64,000 nucleotides of DNA from Tubulanus polymorphus (lineage: Eukaryota > Animalia > Nemertea), in contig NC_134031.1 in assembly GCF_964204645.1 (NCBI RefSeq), positions 62,001 to 126,000 on the forward strand, written 5' to 3'. The notes under the pieces are model-generated. The model did not search any database. It worked only from the letters and a program-made list of their open reading frames with translations, and was not told the origin of the DNA. This document shows positions 14,237-26,714 of this stretch, piece by piece. The translations under genes were made by a program, and so were the position numbers. Numbering within the stretch: position 1 is the first letter of the stretch; each line of letters starts with the position of its first letter.

Positions 14237-16069
14237 AGGTGTGGATGATGATAGGGACTGTATCGGCTGTAATCATCCTCTTTAGTATTATCCATATTTC
14301 AAATATTAAAATTGACACACACCTGCAGCTTGCAGTATTAAACACTGTGTGCTGTATACTGAACTGCTCAATGCTTGCGTATATATATGTCTGGTCAGAT
14401 TTGACTATCTGCCAACTCTCTCTCTCTCTCTCTCACACACAGTCAGAGCTAATCAGAACCAGCAGTGAGCTAGTGAGGCCATTCTCAGTTCACTTGGTCA
14501 GCTATAATGGACACGTCCTCTGTTTGACCCCTGTCTGTCGGCGTGGTAGCAGCCATTGTTATTGTTGTTGTTGTCTAGCGATGGTTGTTTACAATTGATT
14601 TTTGATAATCAATGAAATGATGTTAAATGTGACCTAGTGGAGACATGGCTGCTAGACTTGAGCTGGTTGTAAGGACAGGTGTTTGTAGAATAATTGAGAT
14701 TACAGACACTGCTACTACTGTGGCGAGTGAGTGATAATCGGTATTTCATGCTTCAACCTTGACCTTTCTCATTACCATAAACAGTCACCCGTGGAAAACT
14801 CATTTCATAACATTCTGATCCTGGAACCTCAAAATCAAGTTCAATTTTTTTGACTTCATGTAACACTGTCAAGCGCTTAACCACTGAGTGCATAGTTGCG
14901 CCATCTGGTGTGTGTCAGTGGTATCTTGAAATTGGATCATTATTAACAATCAGCCAGGTCTGCCGTCTACAGACTGCCAGATCCTCAATCACAGGGATTT
15001 GAACCTGATGACATCATGACACTCAGTCACAGTACAAACCCCTGTCCTAGTAGACACATCCTCCCTCAGCAGGAATTTGAACCTGATGACATCATGAGAC
15101 TCAGTCACAGTACAAACCCCTGTCCTAGTAGACACATCCTCCCTCAGCAGGAATTTGAACCTGATGACATCACGAGACTCAGTCACAGTACAAACCCCTG
15201 TCCTAGTAGACACATCCTCCCTCAGCAGGAATTTGAACCTGATGACATCACGAGACTCAGTCACAGTACAAACCCCTGTCCTAGTAGACACATCCTCCCT
15301 CAGCAGGGATTTGAACCTGATGACTTCATGAGACTCTGTCACATTCCTCACTAACAGGGATTTGAACCTGATGACATCATGAGACTCTGTCACATTCCTC
15401 ACTCATAGGGATTTGAACCTGATGACTTCATGAGACTCGGCCACATTCCTCACTAACAGGGATTACACACTCACTACATTCATCATTTACATTAGATGAT
15501 TCTAGTAATGAATGCAGTTCATCTATTCCTATTTTTCTGGGGTATTCTGGTTAATTATTTGGGTAAATACCTCCTGAAAAGTAAGCAACATTCCCCACAA
15601 AAATAGGTTTCTTCCACTGGACGTAAACAGAGAACTATAATCAATACTCCACTGGTCGGTCTGAGTCGGTCTGAGTAGATCTGAGTTCACTGCAATCCAA
15701 GTATCAGTCAAAATATTTACCAAGAACCTTAGTGTCTGATGATGTTTGTTACACACTGTCACTGATCGCACCGGAGATCACTGTGGAGACAGCCACACTA
15801 CACTGCACTGGACTGGGTGAATCAAAATAGAATGAACAAAAAATATTAGAGACATACCTGCATCCATGTGCTGACGTCCATGACCCCAGTGATCTAAAAA
15901 CAAATAAATACAATCACATCATAAACGTCAAACTGATTCGCACACTGTAGTATAGGGGGCGCCACTAGACACAAGAAAAAACTGAATTCACAGCAAAAAT
16001 CCGACGAGAAAGGTTGAAATAACGGAGCGTAAAGATAGCGATTGACTTACCTAAATCAGATCGGTCCAT
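3888..16069 (-). CDS. RXR: Retinoid X receptor (NR2B). Exons approx. 16069-16051, optional 15893-15858, 11463-11236, 10746-10512, 9850-9692, 9609-9461, 9337-9212, 5982-5758, 4138-3888
   Basis: [41 protein letters not shown]|AVQEERQR; [48 protein letters not shown]-2 FLMEMLE; N-terminus MDRSDL. Confidence 0.95.
4305..4725. repeat. Intronic minisatellite, about 31-bp unit (tgatgtaaaccgggRttaggggttacagagg-like)
   Basis: About 13 direct tandem copies in the last RXR intron. Confidence 0.9.
4810..5170. repeat. Intronic minisatellite, 39-bp unit (aggtgatcaaatcaatcactaaactgtgtgcgcactaac)
   Basis: About 9 tandem copies. Confidence 0.9.
6015..9190. repeat. 27-bp satellite (ggcacacatagagaaagggcacactgc) filling an RXR LBD intron, about 115 copies
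   Basis: Near-perfect tandem array; gives stop-free 9-aa repeat pseudo-ORFs. Confidence 0.97.
9915..10500. repeat. G/purine-rich degenerate minisatellite in the RXR DBD intron
   Basis: gggaggggtgtggaggagggagtgggt-like units. Confidence 0.85.
11508..14112. repeat. 40-bp minisatellite (catagacagcatactggctgtccaatactaacagacagct) in blocks at about 11508-11850, 12125-12175, 13035-13236 and 13592-14112
   Basis: Direct tandem copies interrupted by other elements. Confidence 0.9.
13237..13591. mobile_element. MITE with long TIRs and TAA target-site duplication (PIF/Harbinger-like)
   Basis: Left agcctagcgcacatcgacactgcgattggag, right ctccgatcgcagtgtcgatgtgcgctaggtt; splits host unit ccaatacTAA|cagaca with TAA on both sides. 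Confidence 0.8.
14989..15465. repeat. About 76-bp tandem repeat with a pol III B-box-like GGTTCAAAT(C/T)C on the minus strand
   Basis: 4 full units plus about 55-bp derived units in an RXR intron. Confidence 0.8.
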
Positions 16070-16877
16070 ATTAACACTGAATTATAGTAAAACACCGGTT
16101 ATTTTAGCCTAGATTTAATTAAAACGGTTTCATCTACAAAACATCGATACAAGCACCAGTTACCCTGATACCTGTAATACGGCAAAACTGCTACTGAAAT
16201 TTACTAGATTTCATCTTTAAATATTTCACAATTATCGTTAAATATAACACGTAAAATAAAGTGTAATCATTCATAATTTGTTATCTATGAACTTTGAGTA
16301 AGTTGAATGTGTCTATCGGGACTAGTGATACTGTGGTAACAACCGTCTGGCCCTCGCCTACCGCAGTATGCAACCGGCACACACGCTTGCCGCAGTATGC
16401 ATTTAGGGCACTCGCTTACCGCAGTACGACTCTCCTATCTGAGAATCTTTATAAGTACACACAGATCCAAATGTTGTCCGCATTATAACTTTACATTTGG
16501 CTTAACTAGATTGATACTCTTCCCATGTAAAATGTCACACTGAAGATTTGATTTCTCTAGACCTTTCAGTTTGTCATCGGGTCCTCTGCCGAAGACTCAA
16601 GTTACTCTACATCTACTTGCCCAATTTTGGACTATTTCTCATGTTCCATCCTCTGCTTTAAGTTTGGCGATTCTGTAGCCAATTAAACCCTGGTAACACC
16701 ATGTCTCCCCCAGGGGTGACTCACTTGCCGCAGCAATACCGTGTAGATTCATCAGAAATTGAAGTGAACACAATTTGATATCGATAAAGATTTTATTGGA
16801 AAATATTCAATGATCATTATGACACTATATTGAGAGCTTCCTGAGCCGCCTAATACCAGAGTACCCACGAGGGACGC

Positions 16878-17058
16878 ACTAGAGCCAGCCCATACAGGAC
16901 GGACTAGAGCCAGCCCACACAAGGGATGGACTAGAGCCAGCCCACACACGGGATGGACTAGAGCCAGCCCATACACGGGATGGACTAGAGCCAGCCCACA
17001 CACGGGATGAACTAGAGCCAGCCCACACACGGGATGGACTAGAGCCAGCCCATACACA
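16878..17058. repeat. 30-bp minisatellite (actagagccagcccacacacgggatgg-like)
   Basis: 6 copies between FPGS 3' end and RXR 5' end. Confidence 0.85.
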
Positions 17059-17317
17059 CGGCCCAAAGGCCACATTATTCCACCTGAATTCTCACAAGTT
17101 TATCACAGTTTACCTCGTGCTGTGATTAACAGCTATTATTAAAATATTTCAAATCTAAAATCTAAGAATTTTGTCGACTTTGTGCGAATCAATGAAAAGC
17201 GCTCAGACTTGTTTTAAAGTAGTGCGCGATATATAAATGTATAAATTATTATCATCATCATTAGATTAAAATATTTGTCATCAATAATAATAAAAGATAA
17301 TTTGATTGTGGAATGTT

Positions 17318-20300
17318 TTACCAGATTCTATCATTCATTTCTGGATCAATAAGAAGTAAAGAACATCCGACTAGATGTAAACTTCCCGTAATCAGTATCT
17401 GAATATGATCACACGATCTCAGTGCATTATCACCGCTGGAGCTAACTTCAGTAATCCACTTTAACGCATCGCTTACACTAGGTTTAATCTCAGTTAAAAT
17501 CGGGTTTAAACCGGGATCAGTTTTCTGTTCGTTTAAACCGACCCAAGCATTTCTATTTTTAGAACAGCGAGCCTCTTGACTTTCTGCTGATGTATTATAG
17601 TTAGTTTGATCTGAAAAATATGATAATCTCGTAATAATCAATAATGAAGAGAGATAAAATCAATATCTACAGTTGGAATTGAATACATTAGTGAGGTTAT
17701 TATAATGATACATGCAATTAACAGCAGTGTAATTATTGGTTGCACAGGAGCCTCACGTACACCAACACCAGACACTCTTGTGAAATAGGTTATAATAATT
17801 ACATAGAGCCAGTACCTGTCCGGCCTCTCGATCTTTACTCAATAGGAAATCAATAAATGTTATATGTAAATAAGGTGCAGCTGATACAACTAAAATTATC
17901 CAGATTCAGTTCCACAGTTGTGCAGCAGAGACACAGGAGAAAGGAGGAAAGAGAGGAGATAACAGAGAGAAGAGAGGAGAGAGAGAGAGGAGGAGAGAGA
18001 GGAGAGACACAGGAGAGGGGAGGAAAGAGAGGAGGAGACAGAGGAGAGAGAGAGAGGAGAGAGGGTGCTAGGAGTAACAGTTACTTACACCATGTATTAT
18101 CGCTACCAATACCTACAAAACACACACACACAGACACATACAAGCTATTAGTGTACGCTTACAATAACAGATGGCAGCACTATACTGATACAACTGTAGA
18201 ACTGGATCTTGTGATTAGTTATAGACACCGTGCACCAGTATTTACTGTACGTACCAGCGCAATCAGATGCTAAAGTAGCTACATTCGGACAAAACACAGC
18301 TGCATCAAAATCACAATTCTGTAAAACGATAAAAAATAATCAGTTTCTGAAATCAAGAAATTAAATGAAATGAATGATGAATTCTAACTTACGACTAAAT
18401 GATCGAGAAACAATTCAGGTTTTCGACCACCTGTTAAATTGAACAGTAGAACTCTACACACCTTCCCTCTACAATAGTAAACAACTCAGTTCATTAGTTA
18501 CAGAACTACCCAGCAGGGGGAGCCACTAGTAGATCTTACCGTACCCTAATGATTGTTTCTCTTTATCTGCCACAAGTTGAAACCATTTAGCACATTGCTG
18601 TAAATAAATACAATAGAATATGAGTAAACCAACCCCCCCTGGTGGACGACCATAGAACTGATCCCTGTACTTACAGACATACTCCTATCGGTATGAGCAC
18701 CATCTAAACCAACCCCCCCTGGTGGACGACCATAAAACTGATCCCCCTGTACTTACAGACATACTCCTATCGGTATGAGCACTATCTAAAACAACCCCCC
18801 CCTGGTGGACGACCATAAAACTGATCCCCCTGTACTTACAGATATACTCCTATCGGTATGAGCACCATCTAAAACAACCCCCCCTGGTGGACGACCATAA
18901 AACTGATCCCCCTGTACTTACAGACATACTCCTATCGGTATGAGCACCATCTAAAACAACCCCCCCTGGTGGACGACCATAAAACTGATCCCCCTGTACT
19001 TACAGATATACTCCTATCGGTATGAGCACCATCTAAAACAACCCCCCCTGGTGGACGACCATAAAACTGATCCCCCTGTACTTACAGACATACTCCTATC
19101 GGTATGAGCACCATCTAAAACAACCCCCCCTGGTGGACGACCATAAAACTGATCCCCCTGTACTTACAGACATACTCCTATCGGTATGAGCACCATCTAA
19201 AACAACCCCCCCTGGTGGACGACCATAAAACTGATCCCCCTGTACTTACAGACATACTCCTATCGGTATGAGCACCATCTAAAACAACCCCCCCTGGTGG
19301 ACGACCATAAAACTGATCCCCCTGTACTTACAGACATACTCCTATCGGTGTGAGCACCATCTAAATAATACGTTATTTTGTCATGTTTTAGAATCTGATT
19401 TCTACCCGGCCATCGACAATTCTTTAAACCTAAAATATTGAACAATTCAAATCAGTCACAGACATACAATTATATCGACAACAATGAGAGCCGTTGATAT
19501 ATCGTACCGTTATAAATATTATCAGTTATCTCCATAGTGTCAGCAGTAACAATATCAGCACCTCTTATTGCATCGTAATCAGAATAATCAATAAACTCTT
19601 TCCTTTCATCGGAACCTAAACAAACAACTCATTATTCAACTCATTATTACACAGTTTCAACTCTGAGCAGCAGTTTAAAATAGTTACCTAAATGATGTCG
19701 ATTTAACCATGTTTTACTCAGTTGAATGGCTAACGAAGCGTTCCAATGTTGCATATCCCCCTCTAGGCCTAATTCAGGTTCTCGTCCATTCCAGTTATAA
19801 TCACTGAGATGAGGAACTAGTTTAATGGAACTGGATTTCTCTAAAGCTCGTTCCGCAATAACGTCTAATCCATTCTCAGGCTGCGGTACGGTCAATGCTG
19901 GATATCCACTCTATCAATAACAAGTACCAGGAAACAATTTTAACAACATCATTTCACTTCAAACTCGTCCAGTGTTTGTCTCATACCTTAATGATTCCAG
20001 CTTTTTGCCAGGCGATCTTTTCGATTGTATCTCCTAATATGGGCACGTGATCGATACCTAACGACGTGATTCCACAAACAACGGGAGTCCTAGAATTAAA
20101 CCATCGTTTGAAACAGAGTAAAACCCGGTGTAAAACGGGATTAAACCCGGATTAACTTACCGTATAACATTGGTATAATCGTACTCTCCACCTACTCCTA
20201 CTTCAATGATAGCTACATCTACCTAGAATTACGATAAACCATAGATTTAAACCGGGTTTTACCGCGACAACAGTTTTTAAGCGGTCGCGAAAACGAACCT

Positions 20301-21418
20301 TTTCTTGTGAAAATACGTGAAAAGCCATAACGGTTAAAAACCTGAAATAGGACGGCATTTTCTCATCTTCGGGGAGTTTGGAATCGATGAGTTTATTATA
20401 GCAATCCCAGAAATAACGACTGAATGATTCTTTAGAGAGCGGTCGACCGTTTATACGTATCCTCTCTCGAACTTCTATCAGATGAGGTGAACTACAAATA
20501 AACAAATAAACAAACATCATTCTAACCGCAATCTCTTCAACTGACAACTCAACAATGACATACCTGTAGAATCCAGTAGTGTATCCGTGGTTACGTAGTA
20601 TACTTTCGCTGAACGCACAAGTCGATCCTTTACCTTTCGTTCCACTGACGTGAATTATTGATAACTGATCGATATCGTTCAACTGTTAAATATTCAAAAT
20701 TCAAACTCCTCAACAGTTTAACGGATGAAACTGTTAATCAGATATCGAGATGTTATTAACTTACAGTAACTCCGGCTCGGTTACAAAACTCTATTGTTTC
20801 CGGAATATTTTTATGTCTTTCTCGATCTTTTCCGAGGCGAGTTTTTTCTAAAACGGCGAAGTTTGATTGTAGAGTGTTGAGAGTTCGAACAGCTTCCTGC
20901 AAATAGACATAACCATCCAGTGACCATACATGTTGGAAGAAGGGTAAATGAATACCAGTCAACCGTCGTTGTTACAACAGTCATGCTGGGGAATAAGGTA
21001 GTCAGTAACCTGTCTGTGGTTTAGTTTCACAATCGGATATTTTCAATGATAAGCCAATCCGATTATAAAAGCTTACCACCACGACGGTCCATGTCCATCC
21101 AACTGTCACTTGTTGAAGTGATGGGTAGGTCTGCTGACTGAGACTGTGTGTGGACTGTATTCAAAGGCCTAAATAATGACTTCTATATCAACACATTTCA
21201 CCTGTCTGTACTTTATTGTTTTTACTCTAATGTTTTTCTTTATTGTAAAAGTTTATAGAGTTCAATAAAGTCCTATCGATTGTATTGTATTTGTTATCAA
21301 TAATGTAGGGTTATTATGCGAGTAAAAATTGTTTTACCTCATAATTTTTCGCCATATCTATCTTTTTATAAACCTGTGTACTGATGTACCGAACCGTTTC
21401 CATCATATATTTAGACAT
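17318..21418 (-). CDS. FPGS: Folylpolyglutamate synthase, about 13 exons; two in-frame starts (21418 and 21355)
   Basis: [78 protein letters not shown]. Confidence 0.95.
18628..19365 (-). repeat. About 82-bp tandem repeat made of the FPGS exon end, its GTAAGT donor and intron start; about 9 copies
   Basis: Unit contains TAGATGGTGCTCATACCGATAGGAGTATGTCT|GTAAGTAC; the first copy is the real exon end at 19332. Confidence 0.93.
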
Positions 21419-22064
21419 AACATACACTGACAATAGTTAGGCATCTAGAATTAGGACCCAAAACAAATGCGCCGTCAGAGCGTGACGGAAACCGGTTTGG
21501 AAAACAACGACCGTGCCGCCGTCTAGCGGGAAATATAAGAACTAGTTGGTGGAAATTGCGGGGTATTCTTCCATCTTACTCGATCTATAAATCATTTCAA
21601 TAACTTTTATCAAAGAAAATATGCAGTAATTTTGTCTACAAAATCAGAATTGTATCTGATCTGGCGAACTATTTTTATGTGCGTTTGTAAATGTTATAGC
21701 GACTAAGTGGCTGGCGTAGAAATACCTAGCATGCCGCAGTAAGAATAATCGATCAAGTCGGTTCGAATCCCGAGTTGCCAAAATACTTGGCATTATCATG
21801 ATTGCGGCCACAGTTTTACATCTATCGGATTCGCCGCAAAAAAATCCATTAATAAGCAACAAAACTCCATTTGAAACATTTTATTTTGAGTTCTAAGCAG
21901 CCACTCCCCAGGCTGCAAGAATCTGCAACTATCACAGATATACAAACAATATTAAAAGCATACAGCATATATTTATCATGAAGCATTTAGCAAAACATTC
22001 TGAAATGTACACGTAATATCTGAATAGAATAACAGTGAAAGCATCAAACTGCTACAAGATCAGT

Positions 22065-22620
22065 AGTTCAACCCCTCCACGGGGAGGGGTTCACTCCCTC
22101 AACCCCTCGAGGGAAGGGGTTCACTCCCTTAACCCCTCCATGGGGAGGGGGTTCACTCCCTCAACCCCTCCATGGGGGGGTGGTTCACTCCCTCAACCCC
22201 TCGAGGGAAGGGGTTCACTCCCTCAACCCCTCCATGGGGGGGTGGTTCACTCCCTCAACCCCTCCATGGGGAGGGGTTCACTCCCTCAACCCCTCGAGGG
22301 AAGGGGTTCACTCCCTCAACCCCTCCACGGGGAGGGGTTCACTCCCTCAACCCCTCGAGGGAAGGGGTTCACTCCCTCAACCCCTCCATGGGGGGGTGGT
22401 TCACTCCCTCAACCCCTCCATGGGGAGGGGGTTCACTCCCTCAACCCCTCGAGTGAAGGGGTTCACTCCCTCAACCCCTCCATGGGGAGGGGGTTCACTC
22501 CCTCAACCCCCGAGGGAAGGGGTTCACTCCCTCAACCCCTCAAGGGAAGGGGGTTCACTCCCTCAACCCCCTCCATGGGGAGGGGGTTCACTCCCTCAAC
22601 CCCTCGAGGGAAGGGGGTTA
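22065..22620. repeat. About 30-33-bp minisatellite (ggttcactccctcaacccctc...) downstream of the fumarase stop
   Basis: About 17 tandem copies. Confidence 0.9.
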
Positions 22621-22711
22621 ACTTAAGTCCACGATATATAAATGTTTGTAAACTACATAAACAGTAGTAAAAGATAATATCTAACAGAACGATCTCCGCG
22701 GAGAACTTGAT

Positions 22712-25600
22712 TTATTCTGCCTGCCAGCGTTTGAAAAAATCATTGCCTTTATCATCAACTACAATAAACGCAGGAAAATTCTCTACTTCCACTTTCCAGA
22801 TGGCTTCCATACCTATAAATATAAACACACACAACACGTTATAGACAAACTAACAGGAGGAGGGGATCTAGGGAGAGAGGTTTCAGAGGAGGGGCTCAGG
22901 AGGTTCTAGGTTATGGGTGTTTTACCTAATTCAGGGTATTCGAGAGCTTCCACTTTTTTGATGGAGTTTTTAGCGAGTATAGCAGCTGGACCTCCGATAG
23001 AACCGAGATAGAATCCACCGTGTTTCTTACAAGCTTGAGCCACCTAGAAATATATACAAAACAAATCTATTACATACTGCGTTATAACAAACCACTGATA
23101 CTGATAGTTCATCATAAGCCTGTTTACCGATCACAGGGGCCTATATTATATAGTATCTAGGATACTGGGGTCTTTTTGTGTCAGGCCCCTGTGATACTGA
23201 TAGTTCATCACTAACCTGTTTACTTCTGTTGCCTTTAGCTAACATAATCATACTACCACCAGCAGCTTGAAACTGATCTACGTAAGAATCCATTCTACCA
23301 GCTGTAGTCGGTCCGAATGATCCACTAGCGTAACCCTGTATTAATCAACCCCTCTATTAGTGTCTGGGCCCAGTTTCACAAAAACGATTAAGGCCTAAAT
23401 CGATTTAAGATAAACTGAATTAATGAAGAAATTAAATCGATTTGAGATATAAACCTTTTTGTGAAACTCGCTCCTGCAGTCTGATGAGAATTGAATAATG
23501 CAGTGATTTATAATTTACCTCAGGAGTTTTTGCTGGTCCAGCGTAGTAAACCGGGTGATCTTTGATGTATTGAGGTAAACCTTCACCAGATTGAACTCGT
23601 TCTAATAGTTTAGCGTGAGCGATATCACGAGCGACGACGAGAGTTCCCGTTAAACTCAAACGAGTTTTAATCGGGTATCCCGACAACTGTTTTAACACTT
23701 CTCCCATTGGTCGATTCAAATCTACCTACGATAATAATCATAGTTACCATTAGCAACAAGCCAGATGAACATCTGTCGTAACTAATAGCAACTAGTAGTA
23801 TTGTTACCTGGACGACTTCTCCGCCCAAACTGTCAGTCGTTATTTCTGGTAAATATTTTGAAGGATCAGTTTCAAGTTGTTCGAGGAAAACTCCATCTTT
23901 ATTGATTTTACCCATAGCCTGAAATATTCAAATTAATCACTGAATTATACGGAGAGGTTGAGGGAGGTGAGGAGGGGAGGGAGAGATGAGGGGGAGGGGA
24001 GGTGAGAGGTGAGGGAGAGGTGAGGGGGAGGGGAGGGGGAGGGGAGGTGAGAGGTAATGTGTTACTGACCTGTCTATCAGCCGAACAGGAAACACCGATG
24101 CCGACCGGACACGACGCTCCGTGTCGCGGTAATCGAATCACTCGAACGTCGTGACAGAAATATTTACCACCGAATTGAGCTCCGATTCCTAAATTCCTCG
24201 TTAACTCGTGAACTTTCTCTTCCATCTCAAGGTCGCGGAATCCTCGTCCGTGATCGTTACCTGGAAAATATCTCATTGATTTCTATCGAATTCGAAGTGT
24301 TTACAATTTCGACTCAACAATTCATACCTGAAATATTGATGTTGTCTAGGTAATGAGCAGATGCGAGTTTAACGGTTTTTAGATTCATTTCGGCAGACGT
24401 TCCACCGACGACTACAGCGAGATGATACGGAGGACAAGCTGCTGTACCAAGTGTCTATTTATACAATTACATCAAACATTATTTCATAACCAGAAATATC
24501 TTACTGTTAAAACATTGAAATCTTACTTTAATTTTTTCCTCCAAGAATGACATGAGTTTATCTGGATTCAGAACTGCTTTAGTTTGTTGATATAAGAACG
24601 TTTTATTGGCCGAACCGCCACCTTTTGCCATAAACAGGAACTTATATTCATCTCCATTAGTCGAAAATAAATCGATCTGAGCCGGTAAATTAGTACCAGT
24701 ATTCTTTTCAGTAAACATATCAACAGGCGCCACCTATATGTAAACCATACAATCATCAATACAGCGCCGCCTAGTGGCAAATAATAGAATCATCACAAAA
24801 ATGGAACTGACCTGTGAGTAGCGTAAATTAGTACCGGTATATGTGTTATACACACCACGTGATAAATGAGATGCATCATTGCCATCAGTCCAAACATACT
24901 GACCTTTCTTACCTGTAAATCATATCAATATTTTAGCATCAATCTCACCCCTCCCAAAACATCTCACCCCCTCCAAAAACATCTAACCCCCTAAAACACC
25001 GTGAACTTACCCATAATAATAGCAGTTCCTGTATCCTGGCAACCAGGTAACACCATATTAGCGGCAATGCTGGCGTTTTTTAATAATTCTAACGCGACAA
25101 ATTTATCATTCTGCGAAGCCTCGGAATCTTTTAAAATATTCGACAACGACTGAAATAAATTATAAACCGTCTGAGAACTTTAATCTAGGATTAATAAATG
25201 TATTGTTAAAGATTTGAATACGAACCTGAAGATGACCAGGTCTGAGTAAATGTGCAATATCAACCATCGCTTGTTGTGATAACTGAGTTAATGCTTCGGG
25301 TTCAACTTTTAATATCTTTTTACCACAGGCTTCAACAGTCGACACAAAATCACCTGAAATACAATCACAATCAGTCTATTATACTACGACAAGCCTTCAA
25401 TATGGATAAGAGTTCAGTTGAGTAATACCTGTCAGTTTCTTCCAAGGAGTTTCTAGATCTCCATTAGTTTCAAACATATCCTGATAGTGAAATGGTTTAA
25501 TGCCACTAGCTGCGGCAGTTGAGTACGCTCTGCTGCTGATTGGTTGAAACTGATGATGTTTGACCAGTGCAGTGGTCACTACTCTTCTGAATGAATGCAT
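22712..25600 (-). CDS. Class I (Fe-S, FumA/FumB-type) fumarate hydratase with putative mitochondrial presequence, about 13 exons
   Basis: [126 protein letters not shown]. Confidence 0.93.
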
Positions 25601-26714
25601 TGTGTCTGTGTCACCAGAGCTGTAGAGGGAGAGAGAGAGATCAGGGGATCTGAAATAACAGAAAGAAGTTTTTTTATATTATTATCAAGACTAAAAAAAA
25701 GAAGACATAATAGACTAGATAAGCGTTCTTCAAGAGGGGGTTAGAGTAAGTTGGGTCGGGTTTAAAGAGGTTAAAGGAGCCTCATCTCCACTCATACTGT
25801 GTCAGTGTGTTATACATATTTCAATGCTTTTTAGATTAAAGGCATAAAGGGTTGATAAGACTAACAAACCTGATTTAGCATTTATTTAGTTTTTATCTGG
25901 GTCACCTCCATGACCTTGAATCAGCTGTAAGCCGCTATTAGATCACAGTCGCCATAGCAGAAAGATTGAGATGCATCCACAGGTTAAACGACGAATAATT
26001 ATCATCAGATTAATAAGATTTTTTGTATTAAATGTTTCAATTTTTCAAGATAAATATATATTTCCCTCAATATCTTTATTTCATTTTTATTATGTGCAGG
26101 TTTTTTCCATCGCTTTATTTCTACAACATTTCAGGTAATTTTTGGTGAGTTATTAGTGACCGGAAGTGATTGTCTGCTACTGAGCGTCTGCTACAAGAGA
26201 AAAGCTACTGATTAAATCCGTTTACATCAGCTTTATTAGTTAAGGTAAGGTGTAAAGTTTGTACTGGTGGATTGAGAGAGGTTCAGGAGAGCTTTTTTTA
26301 GGGGAGACAATGGAAGGAGAAAGTACCCTACAGGAAGGGCGAAGGAAATAGTTATTCGATTGATTCCGATACTTTCTCTCATTTGACACAGGACCCTGAG
26401 ATTCTGATTCTGATTATTACCAAAACAAATAAATCTCGTTTGCTTCCCTCCTACAGACTCGGCTGTGATTGTGGTTACATCAGACAATCTCTCGGTGAAA
26501 GTAATGTCTGGTTGGTTGTGATGAGGAGAGGTCTCTCCCTCTGCAAATATTCGAAATATCTGTTTTTTGAATAAACTATAGTTTGATAAAAAGCCATGAC
26601 TCTCTGTGATTGGTTTTCTGTGGTCAGTTGTCAGGTGACTGCCATATGTCAATCAGATATTAATTTTCCACCCAAAATGAGGCATCTCTCAATTTCTTTC
26701 TGATTTTAGTAAAG

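Noticed and set aside
22035-22667. Pro/Gly-rich ORFs in three frames
   Set aside because: Minisatellite artefact antisense to the fumarase 3' region
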